Positions 61,001 to 64,000 of a DNA stretch of 64,000 bases are shown here, one piece after another. The stretch is from Macrostomum lignano (Eukaryota). A program made the translations under genes and the position numbers. Each line of letters starts with the position of its first letter. Position 1 is the stretch's first letter. The notes below the pieces were generated by a model. The model searched no databases and was not told the origin of the DNA. It saw nothing but the letters and a program-made list of their open reading frames with translations. Location of the stretch: NCBI GenBank assembly GCA_002269645.1, contig NIVC01003725.1:16484-80483 (forward strand), written 5' to 3'.

Positions 61001-63361
61001 GTGTCGTCAATGCAGCAGCACGCCTCCGAGTCGATGCAAATTCTGCAATTTGCCAATCGAATCCAGCGAATGCGCAAACGCCGGGCCCGAATGCTCGGCG
61101 GCAGCGGAGGCGGCGGCAGCGGCGGCGGCGGTTCCGACAGCTCCAGCTGCGACAGCTTCGGGGTAAGGCGAGCCGTCCGGCTGAGGCCGCAGCAGCGCGA
61201 GACAGACTACAGCTCCGGCAGCGAGCACAGCTGCGCGACCGTCATCTTTCTAGGAAAGCGGGATCTGCCGGAATGCGGCCGGGCGCCGCCGCCGCCTGCG
61301 GCGCTGCTGCGGAAGCTCGCCAAGGCGGCCGCCTCCGACGAGGACGACGCTGCGGGCAGCGGCGAGCAGTGGATTGACGGGCCGCGCGCCACCACGATGA
61401 AGCAGACGGCGCCATCCACAGAGGCAGCATCGGCTTCCACAGCCGGCGGCGGGGAGCGTTGGATCGACGGGCCGAAAGCTTCGCCGCCGGCTTCCGCGCC
61501 TTCGCCTGTCGCCGCCGCCGTCTCTGCAGCGGCTTCCTCTGCGAATGCCACCGCCGACGCAGCCGCCGCATCCCCGGTGCTGGGGAGGCACCGCAGCCGG
61601 CACACGGACATCTGCGACCCGCCGCAGCAGCCGCAGCCAGCCAAGAAGGACGCAGAGACCCAGTCGGAGGAGCCATACGAGTCCGGCAGCTCCACCAGCA
61701 CCAGCAGCACGCTGGACCGGGCAGGCGGGGAGCGCAGCGGCCTGTCGGACATCAGCGAGCAGACCGAGGACGCAGCAGGCGCCGGCGGCGGACAAAGCGG
61801 ATCAAGAACTTCATCTTCTTCGCCGCCAGAAGCCGAGGCGGAGCAGGAAGAGGAGGAGGCGAGCAACGAGGCGTTGGAGAGGCTGGAGATTCCGCCTCCG
61901 CCACTGGTATTTGACGGGTCAGCTGCGGTGGCCGCGGCAACTGTTGCGCCAGTCGCTCCAGCAGGTTCTCCGTCCACCGTCATTGTATCTTCATCCACGG
62001 GGGAGCGGCCGGTGCTCAGGCGGCACCGGCAGCGGTCTCCGGGCTCCTCGCTGCCGCGGCAGCGGAACCAGCAACAGCAGCCGGCTGCCTCCGCCGACTC
62101 TGCGGCACCGCTCGTCGCCCGCGTCAAGCCGTTCGTGCGCGACTGGGTGGAGAAGCACCATTCTGTCGGGCCGACATCCCGGGATTCCGACAGTCCGCAG
62201 GAGAGCCGCAAGCAGCAGCAGCTGTGTCAGAGCGCCTGCGCGTCACCTGTCCATAGCAAGCCGCCGCACCACCCGTCAGCCCCCCGCCAGCACCATCAGC
62301 ACCTGCACCAGCACCAGCGTCGGTCCCGGTCGGCCAAGGGTCGCAGGCAGGACGAGGCAACAGCAGCCGCGGCGGCGCCTCCGTCCCCGGCGCCGGCGCA
62401 CGCACGAGTCGCCCAGTGGCTGCAGGGCGTGGAGCCGGACGAGCTCAGCCGGGCGGTGGCCCAGCGCTGCTTGCCGGCCGACAAATCGGCGGCGGCGGCG
62501 GCTGTCGCGGCGACCCCAGGCGACAGGGTGACGGCGGCGCATCAGCGCAGCGGCTCGCAGGGCTCCGAGCTGGCGAAGGCGAAGGACGCATCGACGGGTA
62601 CGGCGGCAACGCCGCGGCTGCGCGATCGCTCGACCTCGGCGCACAAACGGACTGACGAGCTCGGCGGTGAAAAGTCATCAAGCCGGCAAGCGGCAGAGAA
62701 GAAGCCGAGCCGCCTGGCCAGCTTCCTCACCAGTCCGCTGTTCGGCACCAGGCGTGGAAAAGCTTCCAAAGAGGCGAAGGCGGCCGCCGGAACCAAGCAG
62801 CCGAAGCAGGTCGAAGCAGCCGTCACGGCGGCGTCGAAATGCCCGGATGCGCCTGGCGAGCAGCCTTCGCTGCCGACCATCTTGTCCCCCTACCACACCG
62901 TCACGCAGCCGCGGACGTCCGGCCACAGCAGCTCCGGGCGAGGCTCCGACTGCTCCTACCATCCGCTCTACTGTGTTGTCAACAGGCGGCGAACCGGCGG
63001 AGGCAGCGGAAGCGCCAGTGGAAGCGGCGGAGGCAGCGGAAGCGGCGGTGTCGGTGGCCGCAGCGCCAACTGCGGCGGAAGTGGAAGCGGCGGTGGCGCC
63101 GTTGTTAGCGCCGGCATCGGTAGCCCAGGGTGCGGCGGCAGTGGAAGCGGCAGCGGCGGAGGCGGCGGCAGCGGTGGCGGCAGCGGCGCCTGGCAGAGGT
63201 GCCGGGGTGACTGGCGGTGCTTCCTCCGGTATGAATCGATGCTGCGAGACAGCGAGGCTTCCAGCTGTCGGGACTCGGCGAGCGAACGATCGCACCAACT
63301 TGCCGGGCCAGCAGCGTCACTGCGGCGGCAGCGGCAGCTGCAAGAGCAGCAAGGCGAAAAG
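61001..63361 (+). CDS. KIF26: KIF26-like large exon: end of motor domain plus low-complexity tail
   Basis: TCACCTTCAG|GTG acceptor (phase 0); ESMQILQFANRIQRMRKRR ends the motor; two WIDGP motifs, SPYHTVT...SSGRGSD and YESMLRDSE match KIF26 tail motifs; probable donor AAG|GTACTA at 63362; local indels near the 3' end. Confidence 0.88.
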
Positions 63362-63534
<173 letters not shown>

Positions 63535-63555
63535 CCTCCACTTTCCCCACCCGAG

Positions 63556-63982
63556 CGGCGCACCGAAAGCTCACAGTTGTCCGCTCCCGCTCGCGCTCTG
63601 TGCCGCCGGACGAATCACCAGAGAGCGGCGTGGGCGGCTGCAGTGGTGACACCGGCGTTGCAGAGGATGTCGCCGCTGAGGAAGCCGACTATGAAGAGGA
63701 CGAGGTACCGGCGCGGCGGAGCGAGCGGCATACGACGATGCTGTCGATGAGGATGAGCGCAGGTGCAGGAAAAGCGTCGACGGTAAGCAGCTGAGGCGTC
63801 GGCAGCCGACGGCGTCGCCAGCGACGGCGAGAGCGAGGTCGACGCTGAGGACGAGTCGGCGGCAATCGCGTGGCAGATCCGCGAGAAAATCGCCGGCTCG
63901 TGTGCCAGCAGCAGCAGCTGAAGGAGGAACTCCGCCTCGCCAAGTCGCTGCTGATGGCCGACCCAACAGCTGGACTTCGACC
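63556..63982 (+). CDS. KIF26: KIF26-like C-terminal exon with several apparent single-base deletions
   Basis: REKIA / LVCQQQQLKEELRLAKSLLMADP / NSW pieces in shifting frames match the KIF26 C-terminal coiled coil (L..ELG.TK.RLMLDPSRW); donor-like CC|GTGAGA at 63983; acceptor uncertain (63556 or 63577). Confidence 0.65.
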
Positions 63983-64000
63983 GTGAGAGTCTGCTTATAT

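Overview
Eukaryotic (animal) genomic DNA: GC-rich spliced exons separated by introns and intergenic DNA packed with unrelated mini- and microsatellites. The style suggests a repeat-rich invertebrate such as the flatworm Macrostomum; this is inference only. Four protein-coding genes can be supported: (1) a minus-strand, 3-exon class A peptide-receptor-like GPCR (~6.8-13.5 kb) with heavily altered DRY, sodium-pocket and NPxxY motifs; (2) a plus-strand FN3 + single-TM protein whose TM resembles FNDC4/FNDC5 (~18.3/19.9-23.3 kb); (3) a large plus-strand kinesin-11 gene (KIF26/VAB-8-like; motor exons 52.8-61 kb, running past the window end, possible 5' exons from ~27.6-30.7 kb); (4) a minus-strand secreted protein with 16 CxxC repeats plus an F-type-lectin-like exon (38.2-39.7 kb), probably nested in a KIF26 intron. 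A 1,146-bp P-element-like transposon (69-bp TIRs, 8-bp TSD, THAP-domain fragment) lies at 25354-26499. Several single-base frame discordances in otherwise conserved coding sequence suggest long-read indel errors or a decaying gene copy. No CRISPR array, rRNA or intact tRNA was found. Splice sites were read by eye; array boundaries and copy numbers are approximate.
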